Sequence record: NC_054917.1
DNA: 64,000 bases
From: Escherichia phage vB_EcoM_G50
Reading direction: 5' to 3' (one strand)
Part shown: positions 10,968-21,941 of the stretch, piece after piece
Layout: every line of letters begins with the position of its first letter
Numbering within the stretch: position 1 is the first letter of the stretch
Made by a program: the position numbers and the translations under genes
The notes under the pieces: model-generated
Databases searched by the model: none
The model's input: the letters and a program-made list of their open reading frames with translations, nothing else
Told to the model about the DNA's origin: nothing

Positions 10968-12128
10968 TTATGGATAGGTATAGATGATACCAGTTTCTAA
11001 AGCAGTTTTATGAATGATGTATCCATTACGCGATTCTTGAACATCAACTTCTGGATAGTCTTTCATCATCTTCTGAAGAGTGTAACGATGCAGGTAGTAT
11101 TTACTATCTGGATCTTCAGTTTTCCAATCTTTACCTTCTTCAGTCATTTTTTGGATTTCATCCATAACCCACCAACCGCACCAGATATAAGCTGAAGTAC
11201 GATGTGGAAGAGGATGAACATAAGGCAATTCACCTTCCGGTTCCGGAGCAACTTTATCAGTTACCTGAACTTGACCTTCTGCTGTAATAGTTTTGCTATC
11301 ATAATCAGTGGCAGTAACAGTTGCAGTAACTTCAATGGTTTGACTTCCAATAGATGATGTATCAACGGTGTATACATTAGTTGACCCTTCTACAGGAGAA
11401 GAATCTTTCTTCCATGAATACGTAATTTGTGCTTCTTCTGGAGCATCCGTAACGTTAGCAGTAAATGTAGCCGAAGCATCTTGCTGAACATTAATAGAAG
11501 GAGGAGTCAATGTAACCTGTGGATTCATTGTCTTTTTATTAACCGTTAATGATACTTCATTAGAAGTAACTTCCTTTTCATTATCTTCATTAGAAGTAAC
11601 TTCCTTTTCATTATAATTTTCTGCAGTTACTTGGGCTACACACTTAATTGTTTTAACTCCGCTTGTGGAAGGAGTGTAATTGAATGTAGCAGAAGTTGCT
11701 TCGCCTACAGGAGAACCGTCAACGTACCATTGATACGTAGCAGTTGCGCCAGATGGCTGTGAAGCTAAGGCAGCAGTAAATTCAACGGCTGTTCCGATTA
11801 CTCCTTCTGGAGGACTATTAGGAGTTACAGCTAAGGTAGTTGTTTGTGTCTTATTTTGAACTGTGATAGTTGTAGTAGCTTCTGCTGTTTCAGCATCAGT
11901 ATCTGGGACTGGGTTTGTTGCAACTACTTTAATAGTCTTTTGACCGGCAGGTCCTTTTAATACATAATTAAAAGTTGCTTCAGCTCCATCTTGTGGAAAA
12001 TCATCTACAGTCCAAGCATATGTAATAGGTCCATCTCCAGTTTGACCACTGGGTGTAGCAGTAAACTGCTTAGTTTCATCAATAACCCCTGTCGGTGTTT
12101 TAGGAGTTATATCAACTGTAAAAGCCAT
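10968..12128 (-). CDS. hoc: Highly immunogenic outer capsid protein Hoc (Ig-like domains), variant with 10-aa tandem duplication
   Basis: 386 aa versus 376 in T4 as recalled; Ig-like repeats; C-terminal capsid-binding region YVHPLPHR...IIYTYP recognised. Confidence 0.9.
   Translation of the reverse strand: MAFTVDITPKTPTGVIDETKQFTATPSGQTGDGPITYAWTVDDFPQDGAEATFNYVLKGPAGQKTIKVVATNPVPDTDAETAEATTTITVQNKTQTTTLAVTPNSPPEGVIGTAVEFTAALASQPSGATATYQWYVDGSPVGEATSATFNYTPSTSGVKTIKCVAQVTAENYNEKEVTSNEDNEKEVTSNEVSLTVNKKTMNPQVTLTPPSINVQQDASATFTANVTDAPEEAQITYSWKKDSSPVEGSTNVYTVDTSSIGSQTIEVTATVTATDYDSKTITAEGQVQVTDKVAPEPEGELPYVHPLPHRTSAYIWCGWWVMDEIQKMTEEGKDWKTEDPDSKYYLHRYTLQKMMKDYPEVDVQESRNGYIIHKTALETGIIYTYP
11555..11614. 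repeat. Perfect 30-bp tandem duplication inside hoc
   Basis: cttcattagaagtaacttccttttcattat x2, in frame (10 aa each). Confidence 0.9.
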
Positions 12129-12137
12129 AAGTTATCC

Positions 12138-12818
12138 TTATTTTAATGTTACGAAAGAAGAATTGCGTGTTTCACGAATTAAAACTGATCCGTCGCGGTT
12201 AATGTAATAAATTAAGCTAAATAAAGTTTGGTGTGCTGACGCATGTTCAAAACTAGTTGGGTGAGATTTCCAATCCGGAGTTTCAGCAATCCATTGATAA
12301 ATCCACCAAGGAACAGTGCAGAATCCTGGATTTTTTCCAATCAGCTGAAGATTTGGGCTAAAGTTTTCCGGAAGAGTAAATACAGACAGCTTTTCAGATT
12401 CAATAATCTCAGCTACAGCCTGCTCGAATTTTTCTTCAACAAAAGGAGTATCTTCAATCAAAACATCGGTATTTTCAGGAATTTTATCCGTTTCTACTAC
12501 TTCAATTTTAATGTCAGATTTAACCGGAGAATCAATCAGAAGTGCTGCCTCTGGATTGACTTCTTCATCGTCATATTTTAATCCGTCTGCAGCATCAGCA
12601 GCATCAATTAAGTCTTTAATAGATAACCCATCAGTCTCTGGCATAGGTTCACTAGCGAGCTGCTGGAGGGCTTCTTCAATATCAACAACGATATTATCAA
12701 AAGATTTATTCTTTTTGACTTTTATACCAAACTGTTCAGCATATTCAGCTAATTTAGCCTTAGCTTCTTTATTATCATCAAGAGCCTTCAGCTCTGCAAT
12801 ATAATCTTTATCTATCAT
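12138..12818 (-). CDS. inh: Inhibitor of prohead protease (Inh)
   Basis: 226 aa, T4 length and position immediately upstream of hoc. Confidence 0.82.
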   Translation of the reverse strand: MIDKDYIAELKALDDNKEAKAKLAEYAEQFGIKVKKNKSFDNIVVDIEEALQQLASEPMPETDGLSIKDLIDAADAADGLKYDDEEVNPEAALLIDSPVKSDIKIEVVETDKIPENTDVLIEDTPFVEEKFEQAVAEIIESEKLSVFTLPENFSPNLQLIGKNPGFCTVPWWIYQWIAETPDWKSHPTSFEHASAHQTLFSLIYYINRDGSVLIRETRNSSFVTLK

Positions 12819-12831
12819 AATATTTCCTCAG

Positions 12832-12839
12832 TATAAATA
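12832..12839 (+). promoter_or_regulatory. Late promoter motif TATAAATA (uvsW)
   Basis: exact motif 30 bp upstream of uvsW ATG. Confidence 0.5.
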
Positions 12840-12868
12840 TAGATATATTTATTACATGGTATTTAGAC

Positions 12869-14380
12869 ATGACTGACATTAAAGTACATTTTTATGATTT
12901 TAGTCACGTGAGAATTGATTGTGAAGAAAGTACATTTCATGAACTCCGTGATTTCTTTAGCTTTGAAGCTGATGGATATCGTTTTAATCCGAAATACAAA
13001 TATGGTCACTGGGATGGACGAATCCGTCTTTTAGATTATAATCGCCTTCTTCCGTTTGGCTTAGTCGGGCAAATTAAAAAGTTCTGTGATAACTTTGGCT
13101 ATAAAGCCTGGATTGACCCACAAATTAACGAAAAAGAAGAATTATCAAGAAAAGATTTTGATGAATGGCTTTCTAAATTAGAAATCTATTCAGGAAATAA
13201 AAGAATTGAACCGCATTGGTATCAAAAAGACGCAGTGTTCGAAGGGTTAGTTAATCGTCGTAGAATTCTTAATCTTCCAACATCCGCAGGTAAATCTTTA
13301 ATTCAAGCTTTGCTTGCACGTTATTATTTGGAAAATTATGAAGGTAAAATTCTTATCATTGTTCCAACAACTGCTCTGACAACTCAGATGGCTGATGACT
13401 TTGTTGATTATCGTTTATTCAGTCATGCAATGATAAAGAAAATTGGCGGCGGAGCATCAAAAGATGATAAATATAAAAATGATGCACCGGTAATTGTTGG
13501 TACATGGCAAACTGTAGTAAAACAACCAAAAGAATGGTTCTCACAGTTTGGAATGATGATGAATGATGAATGCCATCTTGCTACAGGAAAAAGTATTTCA
13601 TCTATCATATCAGGTTTAAATAACTGCATGTTCAAATTCGGTTTGTCTGGTTCATTACGTGATGGCAAAGCCAATATCATGCAGTATGTTGGAATGTTTG
13701 GTGAAATATTTAAGCCAGTAACGACTTCTAAATTAATGGAAGATGGACAAGTAACTGAGCTAAAAATTAATAGTATTTTTCTTCGCTATCCCGATGAGTT
13801 CACTACTAAATTAAAGGGAAAAACTTACCAAGAAGAAATAAAAATTATTACTGGGCTCAGTAAAAGAAATAAATGGATCGCTAAATTAGCTATTAAACTT
13901 GCGCAAAAAGATGAAAACGCTTTTGTCATGTTTAAACACGTATCGCACGGTAAAGCTATTTTCGATTTAATTAAAAATGAATACGATAAAGTTTATTACG
14001 TATCAGGGGAAGTTGATACCGAAACTCGAAACATAATGAAAACCTTAGCTGAAAACGGTAAAGGAATAATTATAGTAGCTAGTTATGGTGTATTTTCTAC
14101 TGGTATTTCAGTTAAAAATCTGCATCATGTTGTTTTAGCGCACGGTGTTAAATCTAAAATTATTGTATTGCAAACAATAGGTCGTGTATTACGTAAGCAT
14201 GGTTCTAAAACAATCGCAACGGTCTGGGACCTCATTGATGATTGCGGTGTTAAGCCAAAATCTGCTAATACAAAAAAGAAATATGTTCATTTGAACTATC
14301 TTTTAAAACACGGCATTGATCGTATTCAGCGCTACGCAGATGAAAAATTTAATTACGTAATGAAAACAGTTAATTTATAA
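12869..14380 (+). CDS. uvsW: UvsW RNA-DNA and DNA-DNA helicase
   Basis: 503 aa; SF2 helicase Walker A-like LPTSAGKS and DEAH-like MNDECH motifs; T4 position. Confidence 0.92.
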   Translation: MTDIKVHFYDFSHVRIDCEESTFHELRDFFSFEADGYRFNPKYKYGHWDGRIRLLDYNRLLPFGLVGQIKKFCDNFGYKAWIDPQINEKEELSRKDFDEWLSKLEIYSGNKRIEPHWYQKDAVFEGLVNRRRILNLPTSAGKSLIQALLARYYLENYEGKILIIVPTTALTTQMADDFVDYRLFSHAMIKKIGGGASKDDKYKNDAPVIVGTWQTVVKQPKEWFSQFGMMMNDECHLATGKSISSIISGLNNCMFKFGLSGSLRDGKANIMQYVGMFGEIFKPVTTSKLMEDGQVTELKINSIFLRYPDEFTTKLKGKTYQEEIKIITGLSKRNKWIAKLAIKLAQKDENAFVMFKHVSHGKAIFDLIKNEYDKVYYVSGEVDTETRNIMKTLAENGKGIIIVASYGVFSTGISVKNLHHVVLAHGVKSKIIVLQTIGRVLRKHGSKTIATVWDLIDDCGVKPKSANTKKKYVHLNYLLKHGIDRIQRYADEKFNYVMKTVNL

Positions 14381-14405
14381 GGGCTTCGGCCCTTTGGAGA
14401 AAAAG

Positions 14406-14636
14406 ATGTTACTAGAATTTAAACAATTTCTTTATGAAGCTTCTATTGATGAATTTATGGGTAAAATTGCCTCTTGTCAAACATTAGAAGGTCTAGAAGA
14501 ACTTGAAGCTTATTATAAGAAAAGAGTTAAAGAAACTGAATTAAAAGATACTGATGACATCTCCGTGAGAGATGCTTTGGCAGGAAAAAGAGCTGAATTA
14601 GAAGATTCAGACGATGAAGTAGAAGAAAGCTTTTAA
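14406..14636 (+). CDS. uvsW.1: UvsW.1 small acidic protein
   Basis: 76 aa from ATG 14406 (track ORF starts upstream at 14394); RBS ggaga 5-9 nt upstream; T4 length. Confidence 0.6.
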   Translation: MLLEFKQFLYEASIDEFMGKIASCQTLEGLEELEAYYKKRVKETELKDTDDISVRDALAGKRAELEDSDDEVEESF

Positions 14637-14691
14637 ATTAAAAAAGGCCCAACCAAAAAGGAAGGGCCAAAACTATAGACTAAAGGTCACA

Positions 14692-14859
14692 CTATAGCAA
14701 AAGTTGCGTTTCATTTAATTGTTCTTCCGAACTTTCTGAAACTGGTAGTTCTTTGATGTAATTATAGCAAGGCCCAGGATGTACAGGACCTTTGTCTGTT
14801 TCAACAACCAATGCAGAATCGATTGGAGTTTTACAGACAACACAAATCTTATCTGACAT
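14692..14859 (-). CDS. Small Cys-containing protein (T4 uvsY.-2 position)
   Basis: 55-aa ORF below the track cutoff, found by manual translation (MSDKICVVCKTPIDS...GPCYNY...); fills gap downstream of uvsY.-1. Confidence 0.4.
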   Translation of the reverse strand: MSDKICVVCKTPIDSALVVETDKGPVHPGPCYNYIKELPVSESSEEQLNETQLLL

Positions 14860-14887
14860 GATTGTCTCCTCTAAATTATATATCTAT

Positions 14888-15112
14888 TTATATAACTCTC
14901 ATATGCATATCAATGCCCATATCTTTAGAATAAAAATATTCATCAAGATATCCGGCAAATTTTCCTTTAATATAAAGGACATCTTCACCGCATGGGTGGT
15001 CGGCCAGGATACGAATATCCTGACGCTTGAGATTATACTTTTTCATTAAGAATTGAATTTCCGTTTCGAATTCTTCTTCATAATTAAAAGCATCATCAAT
15101 GCTATATTTCAT
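14888..15112 (-). CDS. uvsY.-1: Hypothetical protein UvsY.-1
   Basis: 74 aa, stop/start overlap with uvsY; T4 position and length. Confidence 0.7.
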   Translation of the reverse strand: MKYSIDDAFNYEEEFETEIQFLMKKYNLKRQDIRILADHPCGEDVLYIKGKFAGYLDEYFYSKDMGIDMHMRVI

Positions 15113-15525
15113 TATTTTCCAGCCTCAAATGCTCGCATGTCTTGAATATGCTTGATAGCAAATCCACGTGATTTAATAGCATCAAGAGCTCCGCTACAGA
15201 AATCCAATAAAATTCCCCAATATTGTAATGAAGTATCAACTTTTAAAACATCCTTATCAGCTGATAGAACTGTCTTCATTTCTGATTTCTCATAACGATC
15301 CATACTAAATTCATCACCATCTCCTCGTCCCGAGTAGTAGTCTAATTTAGCTTTAAGAGCAACTTTTTTCTGTGCGTCAATTCTAAGCATTTCCTTTTTA
15401 ATACTTGAATGCTTATTGAGCCATTTACTATATAACATCACATTATTAGCTGCTTCATACTGTAATTTAGTCGAATCTATAAACACATCTTTCTTCAATT
15501 CTTCTTGAAGATCTTCTAATCTCAT
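15112..15525 (-). CDS. uvsY: UvsY recombination mediator protein
   Basis: 137 aa recognised as T4 UvsY; MotA-box middle promoter upstream. Confidence 0.92.
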   Translation of the reverse strand: MRLEDLQEELKKDVFIDSTKLQYEAANNVMLYSKWLNKHSSIKKEMLRIDAQKKVALKAKLDYYSGRGDGDEFSMDRYEKSEMKTVLSADKDVLKVDTSLQYWGILLDFCSGALDAIKSRGFAIKHIQDMRAFEAGK

Positions 15526-15563
15526 ATTGTTCTCTATTCAATTGTTATTGGATGGACTTAGAT

Positions 15564-15592
15564 TCATTATACCACGTTTACACGTGAAGCAT
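15564..15592 (-). promoter_or_regulatory. Middle promoter (MotA box) for uvsY
   Basis: minus-strand AATGCTTCA, 13-nt spacer, TATAAT. Confidence 0.45.
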
Positions 15593-15990
15593 TATACTCT
15601 ATTACTGGAAGCCAGTTGTAGTTTTATCTGCTCAATATCATCAGGGTTATCGATGACCGAAAAGCGTATTTCTACTATCAGAGTATAATCATCATAAACT
15701 GGTATTACATTAACTGCTAATTTATCAATACGTGGCTCGTAGTTTCTTACTGCGCTTTCAATGTTACGCTCAACAGTATCAGCAGTAAGAGGAGTCATAT
15801 TCTCAAAAAGCTGATCAGATAAATCACATCCAAATTCCGGGTCAAATGGTCTCGACCCTTTTCTAGTTGTAATAATTCCCAAAAGGCTATTTTTAATTGA
15901 CCTTAATCCAAGGGATCTAGAAACATCTTTGTCCCAATCCATTTTCATTTCTGGGTCAATGTCAGAATAAAGCTTATTAATATTTGCCAT
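15592..15990 (-). CDS. 25: Baseplate wedge subunit gp25
   Basis: 132 aa recognised as T4 gp25. Confidence 0.93.
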   Translation of the reverse strand: MANINKLYSDIDPEMKMDWDKDVSRSLGLRSIKNSLLGIITTRKGSRPFDPEFGCDLSDQLFENMTPLTADTVERNIESAVRNYEPRIDKLAVNVIPVYDDYTLIVEIRFSVIDNPDDIEQIKLQLASSNRV

Positions 15991-16616
15991 TACAATAGCT
16001 CAAAGAATTCTTTGAGTCCTCTTATTACATGAGCGTGAGTTTTTCCACACTCTGGACATTTAATTGGAACAGCCAAATAAACAGTAGGCTTTAAAAGCAT
16101 ATCTTTTATAGCTACAATATCTGACTCTGTGATGATAGAATATAAATCTTCCAACTCTTTTTCATTTAAGTCTTCAATTGGAATGCTTTCCCCGTTAGCA
16201 TGAATCGTTTCTATACATGATACTATCATGTGGGCTATATTTTTATCATCAAAAATTTTAGGGTAATGGAACTTAATTTTAATGTCACCCAGTGTATACC
16301 AGAGGTCTTCTGGTGCATCTATTTGTGTATGTAATAGATTTATATGGGTTGGTATTTCAGTTCCACAGGTGCACTTCCAGGAGTTTTCGTGATTAACTTC
16401 TCCAAGAGAATGCGCCCATAAATGAATCAGCAGTAGTTCTGATTCTTGGCGGTTTAAATCTTTTGCATTTGTACAGTCTTTGATTAGCTTTTTAACGATC
16501 TCTTCTACTGAACCGTTCTTTTTAGCAGTAATAAGTTCTAGATATTCTTTAAGAGTAAATGCGCGACAGTTGATTATTTTAGAACCAACTCTCACGTCAA
16601 ATTTGTATTCATACAT
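15990..16616 (-). CDS. 26: Baseplate hub subunit gp26
   Basis: 208 aa; T4 length; divergent from gene 51 with shared late promoter region. Confidence 0.9.
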   Translation of the reverse strand: MYEYKFDVRVGSKIINCRAFTLKEYLELITAKKNGSVEEIVKKLIKDCTNAKDLNRQESELLLIHLWAHSLGEVNHENSWKCTCGTEIPTHINLLHTQIDAPEDLWYTLGDIKIKFHYPKIFDDKNIAHMIVSCIETIHANGESIPIEDLNEKELEDLYSIITESDIVAIKDMLLKPTVYLAVPIKCPECGKTHAHVIRGLKEFFELL

Positions 16617-16637
16617 ATTTAGCTCCTTTATTTATCA

Positions 16638-16645
16638 TATTTATA
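16638..16645 (-). promoter_or_regulatory. Late promoter motif (gene 26), overlapping divergent partner
   Basis: TATTTATA on plus strand = TATAAATA on minus. Confidence 0.45.
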
Positions 16646-16649
16646 AATA
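16642..16649 (+). promoter_or_regulatory. Late promoter motif TATAAATA (gene 51)
   Basis: exact motif 18 bp upstream of ATG. Confidence 0.5.
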
Positions 16650-16666
16650 GAATAAAAGGAGCATCT

Positions 16667-17416
16667 ATGGCAAACATTATTCGTTGTAAATTACCAGATG
16701 GTGTTCATCGTTTTAAACCATTTACGGTAGAAGATTATCGAGATTTTTTGTTAGTTCGAAACGATATAGAACATCGGTCACCACAAGAACAAAAAGAAAT
16801 AATTGCTGATTTAATTGCTGATTATTTTGGAGACTATCCGAAGACTTGGCAACCATTTATATTTTTGCAGGTATTTGTAGGGTCAATAGGTAAAACTAAA
16901 GTACCGGTCACATTTGTATGTCCAAAATGTAAAAAAGAAAAGACAGTTCCATTTGAAATATATCAAAAAGAATTAAAGGAACCTGTTTTTGATGTAGCTA
17001 ATGTTAAAATTAAATTAAAGTTTCCTTCTGAGTTTTATGAAAATAAAGCAAAGATGATTACTGAAAATATTCATTCTGTTCAAGTAGATGAAATATGGTA
17101 TGATTGGAAGGAAATTAGTGAATCAAGTCAAATAGAACTTGTTGACGCCATCGAGATAGAAACATTAGAAAAAATTCTCGATGCAATGAATCCTATTAAT
17201 TTAACGCTACACATGTCATGCTGTGATAAGTATGTAAAAAAATACACTGATATAGTAGATGTGTTTAAGCTATTAGTTAACCCAGATGAGATATTTACTT
17301 TTTATCAAATTAATCACACACTCGTAAAAAGTAATTATAGTTTAAATTCAATAATGAAAATGATTCCTGCCGAGCGCGGATTCGTATTAAAACTGATTGA
17401 GAAGGATAAACAATAA
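16667..17416 (+). CDS. 51: Baseplate hub assembly catalyst gp51
   Basis: 249 aa; T4 length and position. Confidence 0.9.
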   Translation: MANIIRCKLPDGVHRFKPFTVEDYRDFLLVRNDIEHRSPQEQKEIIADLIADYFGDYPKTWQPFIFLQVFVGSIGKTKVPVTFVCPKCKKEKTVPFEIYQKELKEPVFDVANVKIKLKFPSEFYENKAKMITENIHSVQVDEIWYDWKEISESSQIELVDAIEIETLEKILDAMNPINLTLHMSCCDKYVKKYTDIVDVFKLLVNPDEIFTFYQINHTLVKSNYSLNSIMKMIPAERGFVLKLIEKDKQ

Positions 17417-18591
17417 TGAGTATGTTGCAACGCCCAGGATATCCAAATCTCAGCGTTAAATTGTTTGATAGCTACGACGCTTGGAGTAATAATAGATTTG
17501 TTGAATTAGCTGCTACTATTACCACATTAACTATGCGGGATTCTCTTTATGGTCGAAATGAAGGAATGCTGCAGTTTTATGATTCTAAAAACATCCATAC
17601 AAAAATGGATGGAAATGAAATAATTCAGATTTCTGTAGCTAATGCAAACGATATTAATAATGTTAAAACAAGAATTTATGGATGTAAGCATTTTTCCGTG
17701 TCAGTAGATTCAAAGGGTGATAACATCATTGCTATTGAATTGGGAACTATTCATTCTATAGAAAATCTTAAATTTGGCAGACCGTTTTTCCCTGATGCAG
17801 GTGAATCTATAAAGGAAATGCTTGGTGTCATTTATCAAGACCGTACGCTATTGACTCCACCTATAAATGCTATAAATGCTTATGTTCCTGATATTCCGTG
17901 GACTAGTACATTTGAAAACTATTTGTCATATGTCAGAGAAGTTGCTCTAGCTGTAGGAAGTGACAAATTTGTGTTTGTGTGGCAAGACATCATGGGAGTT
18001 AACATGATGGACTATGATATGATGATAAATCAAGAACCGTATCCAATGATTGTCGGTGAGCCATCTTTAATAGGTCAATTCATCCAAGAATTAAAATATC
18101 CATTAGCATATGATTTCGTTTGGTTGACTAAATCGAATCCTCACAAACGCGACCCAATGAAAAACGCTACCATCTACGCGCATTCATTTTTAGATTCTTC
18201 ATTGCCAATGATTACTACAGGAAAAGGCGAAAACTCTATTGTAGTGTCAAGGTCAGGTGCTTATTCTGAAATGACTTATAGGAATGGATATGAAGAAGCT
18301 ATTCGTCTTCAAACTATGGCGCAATACGATGGCTATGCTAAATGTTCTACTGTCGGTAATTTTAACTTGACTCCTGGCGTTAAAATTATTTTTAATGATA
18401 GTAAAAACCAATTTAAAACAGAATTTTACGTTGATGAAGTCATCCATGAATTATCAAATAATAATTCAGTAACTCATCTATATATGTTCACTAATGCAAC
18501 GAAACTGGAAACAATAGACCCAGTTAAGGTTAAAAATGAATTTAAATCTGATACTACCACTGAAGAAAGTAGTTCTTCCAATAAGCAATAA
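17416..18591 (+). CDS. 27: Baseplate hub subunit gp27
   Basis: 391 aa; T4 length; overlaps start of gene 28. Confidence 0.93.
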   Translation: MSMLQRPGYPNLSVKLFDSYDAWSNNRFVELAATITTLTMRDSLYGRNEGMLQFYDSKNIHTKMDGNEIIQISVANANDINNVKTRIYGCKHFSVSVDSKGDNIIAIELGTIHSIENLKFGRPFFPDAGESIKEMLGVIYQDRTLLTPPINAINAYVPDIPWTSTFENYLSYVREVALAVGSDKFVFVWQDIMGVNMMDYDMMINQEPYPMIVGEPSLIGQFIQELKYPLAYDFVWLTKSNPHKRDPMKNATIYAHSFLDSSLPMITTGKGENSIVVSRSGAYSEMTYRNGYEEAIRLQTMAQYDGYAKCSTVGNFNLTPGVKIIFNDSKNQFKTEFYVDEVIHELSNNNSVTHLYMFTNATKLETIDPVKVKNEFKSDTTTEESSSSNKQ

Positions 18592-19069
18592 AGAAGTTTC
18601 TATTCCTAAAATGGGTCTTAAACACTATAACATTTTAAAAGATGTTAAAGGTCCTGATGAAAATTTAAAACTTCTTATTGATTCTATTTGTCCGAATTTA
18701 TCACCGGCAGAAGTTGATTTCGTTTCTATTCATTTATTGGAATTTAATGGAAAGATTAAATCTCGCAAAGAAATAGATGGTTATACTTATGACATTAATG
18801 ATGTTTATGTATGCCAAAGATTGGAATTTCAATACCAAGGAAATACATTTTATTTTAGACCTCCTGGAAAATTTGAACAATTTTTAACGGTGAGCGATAT
18901 GTTATCCAAATGCTTGCTTAAGGTCAATGATGAAGTTAAAGAAATTAATTTTCTTGAGATGCCAGCATTCGTTTTAAAATGGGCAAATGATATTTTTACA
19001 ACTTTAGCAATTCCTGGCCCTAATGGTCCAATAACCGGAATTGGCAATATTATTGGATTATTTGAATGA
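18536..19069 (+). CDS. 28: Baseplate hub distal subunit gp28
   Basis: 177 aa, T4 length; out-of-frame overlap with 27 end as in T4. Confidence 0.88.
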   Translation: MNLNLILPLKKVVLPISNKEVSIPKMGLKHYNILKDVKGPDENLKLLIDSICPNLSPAEVDFVSIHLLEFNGKIKSRKEIDGYTYDINDVYVCQRLEFQYQGNTFYFRPPGKFEQFLTVSDMLSKCLLKVNDEVKEINFLEMPAFVLKWANDIFTTLAIPGPNGPITGIGNIIGLFE

Positions 19070-20838
19070 AAAAGCCACAAGAAATGCAAACGATGCGTAG
19101 AAAAGTTATTTCAGATAATAAACCAACACAGGAAGCGGCTAAATCCGCTTCTAACACTTTATCTGGACTTAACGATATATCTACGAAATTGGATGATGCT
19201 CAAGCTGCTTCTGAATTAATTGCTCAAACTGTCGAAGAAAAATCGAATGAAATAATTGGAGCAATTGACAACGTAGAAAGCGCAGTGAGTGATACTACTG
19301 CCGGTTCTGAGTTAATTGCTGAAACTGTCGAAATTGGCAATAATATTAATAAAGAAATCGGTGAATCACTCGGGAGCAAATTAGATAAATTAACAAGTTT
19401 ACTAGAACAAAAAATTCAGACAGCCGGAATTCAACAAACAGGAACTAGTTTAGCTACGGTTGAAAGCGCTATTCCTGTTAAAGTTGTTGAGGATGATACA
19501 GCTGAATCTGTGGGTCCTTTATTACCGGCTCCTGAAGCAGTTAATAATGATCCTGATGCTGATTTTTTCCCTACCCCTCAGCCAGTTGAACCTAAACAAG
19601 AATCGCCAGAAGAAAAACAGAAAAAAGACGCATTTAACTTAAAATTATCTCAAGCTTTAGATAAATTAACAAAGACTGTTGATTTCGGATTTAAGAAATC
19701 TATTTCAATTACTGATAAAATATCAAGCATGCTATTTAAGTATACCGTCAGTGCTGCTATTGAAGCTGCTAAAATGACTGCAATGATATTGGCTGTTGTT
19801 GTTGGAATAGATCTGCTGATGGTTCACTTTAAATATTGGTCAGATAAATTTTCGCAGGCTTGGGATTTGTTTAGTTCAAACTTTACTAAATTCTCTAGCG
19901 AAACCGGAACATGGGGTCCTTTATTACAGAGCATCTTTAGTTCTATTGATGAAATTAAAAAATTCTGGGAAGAGGGAGATTGGGGCGGTTTGACGGTAGC
20001 TATTGTAGAAGGGCTTGGAAAGGTTCTTTATAATTTAGGTGAACTTATTCAATTAGGTATGGCTAAATTATCTGCGGCAATTCTTCGAGTCATTCCTGGT
20101 ATGAAGGATACTGCTGATGAAGTAGAAGGAAGAGCACTAGAAAATTTCCAAAATTCTACTGGAGCATCTCTCAATAAAGAAGACCAGGAAAAAGTTGCAA
20201 ATTATCAAGATAAACGAATGAACGGAGACCTTGGTCCGATAGCAAAAGGATTAGATAAAATTGCTAATTGGAAAACTCGTGCATCTAACTGGATTCGTGG
20301 CGTTGATAATAAAGAAGCACTAACTACCGACGAAGAACGCGCAGCAGAAGAAGAAAAATTAAAGCAACTTTCACCAGAAGAAAGAAAAAATGCTTTAATG
20401 AAGGCTAATGAAGCTCGGGCCGCGATGATTCGTTTTGAAAAATATGCTGATTCAGCTGATATGAGTAAAGACTCAACGGTTAAATCAGTTGAAGCTGCCT
20501 ATGAAGACCTTAAAAAACGGATGGATGACCCGGATTTAAATAATTCACCGGCAGTTAAAAAAGAACTTGCTGCTAGATTTTCTAAAATTGATGCTACTTA
20601 TCAAGAGCTCAAGAAAAATCAGCCTAATGCCAAACCTGAAACTTCTGCTAAATCGCCAGAAGCAAAACAAGTCCAGGTAATAGAAAAGAACAAAGCACAG
20701 CAAGCTCCTGTTCAACAAGCATCTCCTTCGATCAATAATACTAATAACGTTGTTAAGAAAAATACTGTCGTTCATAATATGACACCCGTAACGAGCACGA
20801 CTGCTCCTGGTGTATTTGATGCGACTGGAGTTAATTAA
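19066..20838 (+). CDS. 29: Baseplate hub subunit and tail length determinator gp29
   Basis: 590 aa; T4 length and position. Confidence 0.93.
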   Translation: MKKPQEMQTMRRKVISDNKPTQEAAKSASNTLSGLNDISTKLDDAQAASELIAQTVEEKSNEIIGAIDNVESAVSDTTAGSELIAETVEIGNNINKEIGESLGSKLDKLTSLLEQKIQTAGIQQTGTSLATVESAIPVKVVEDDTAESVGPLLPAPEAVNNDPDADFFPTPQPVEPKQESPEEKQKKDAFNLKLSQALDKLTKTVDFGFKKSISITDKISSMLFKYTVSAAIEAAKMTAMILAVVVGIDLLMVHFKYWSDKFSQAWDLFSSNFTKFSSETGTWGPLLQSIFSSIDEIKKFWEEGDWGGLTVAIVEGLGKVLYNLGELIQLGMAKLSAAILRVIPGMKDTADEVEGRALENFQNSTGASLNKEDQEKVANYQDKRMNGDLGPIAKGLDKIANWKTRASNWIRGVDNKEALTTDEERAAEEEKLKQLSPEERKNALMKANEARAAMIRFEKYADSADMSKDSTVKSVEAAYEDLKKRMDDPDLNNSPAVKKELAARFSKIDATYQELKKNQPNAKPETSAKSPEAKQVQVIEKNKAQQAPVQQASPSINNTNNVVKKNTVVHNMTPVTSTTAPGVFDATGVN

Positions 20839-20846
20839 GGAATAAT

Positions 20847-21941
20847 ATGGCAATTGTTAAAGAAATAACTGCTGATTTAATTAAAAAGTCCGGTGAGAAA
20901 ATTTCAGCCGGACAGAGTACTAAATCAGAAGTAGCAACTAAAACATACACTGCCCAGTTTCCAACTGGGCGTGCTAGTGGTAATGACACTACAGGGGACT
21001 TCCAGGTAACAGATCTATATAAGAATGGATTATTATTTACTGCATACAATATGTCATCTAGGGATTCTGGAAGTCTTAGATCGATGAGATCTAACTACTC
21101 TTCTTCATCTTCGAGTATTTTAAGTACAGCTAGAAACACTATTAGTAGTACAGTATCAAAACTATCAAATGGATTAATATCAAACAATAATTCAGGAACA
21201 ATAAGTAAAGCTCCTGTGGCAAATATTCTTTTACCGAGATCTAAATCTGATGTTGATACATCATCACATAGATTTAATGATGTTCAAGAAAGTCTTATCA
21301 GCAGAGGCGGAGGTACTGCTACTGGCGTGTTAAGTAATATTGCTTCAACTGCAGTATTTGGTGCGCTAGAAAGTATAACACAAGGTATAATGGCTGATAA
21401 TAATGAACAGATTTATACGACAGCCAGAAGTATGTATGGCGGTGCTGAGAATAGAACTAAAGTGTTTACATGGGATTTGACTCCACGTTCAACAGAAGAT
21501 TTAATGGCTATTATTAATATCTATCAATATTTTAACTATTTTTCTTATGGTGAAACGGGTAAATCTCAATATGCTGCTGAAATAAAGGGGTATTTAGATG
21601 ATTGGTATCGTTCTACGTTAATTGAACCTTTATCTCCGGAAGACGCGGCTAAAAATAAAACACTATTTGAGAAAATGACATCGAGTTTAACTAACGTTCT
21701 AGTAGTTTCAAACCCGACAATTTGGATGGTGAAAAACTTTGGTGCAACATCTAAGTTTGATGGAAAAACGGAAATATTTGGCCCATGCCAAATACAGAGC
21801 ATCAGATTTGATAAAACACCTAATGGTAACTTTAACGGATTAGCTATTGCTCCAAACCTCCCTAGTACATTTACTCTTGAGATTACTATGAGAGAAATTA
21901 TCACGTTAAACCGTGCTTCTTTATATGCGGGGACTTTTTAA
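20847..21941 (+). CDS. 48: Baseplate tail tube cap gp48
   Basis: 364 aa; T4 length and position. Confidence 0.92.
   Translation: MAIVKEITADLIKKSGEKISAGQSTKSEVATKTYTAQFPTGRASGNDTTGDFQVTDLYKNGLLFTAYNMSSRDSGSLRSMRSNYSSSSSSILSTARNTISSTVSKLSNGLISNNNSGTISKAPVANILLPRSKSDVDTSSHRFNDVQESLISRGGGTATGVLSNIASTAVFGALESITQGIMADNNEQIYTTARSMYGGAENRTKVFTWDLTPRSTEDLMAIINIYQYFNYFSYGETGKSQYAAEIKGYLDDWYRSTLIEPLSPEDAAKNKTLFEKMTSSLTNVLVVSNPTIWMVKNFGATSKFDGKTEIFGPCQIQSIRFDKTPNGNFNGLAIAPNLPSTFTLEITMREIITLNRASLYAGTF

Noticed and set aside
11555-11614. Possible CRISPR-like or mobile-element repeat
   Set aside because: Only two copies with no spacer, exactly in frame within hoc; better explained as a coding tandem duplication.
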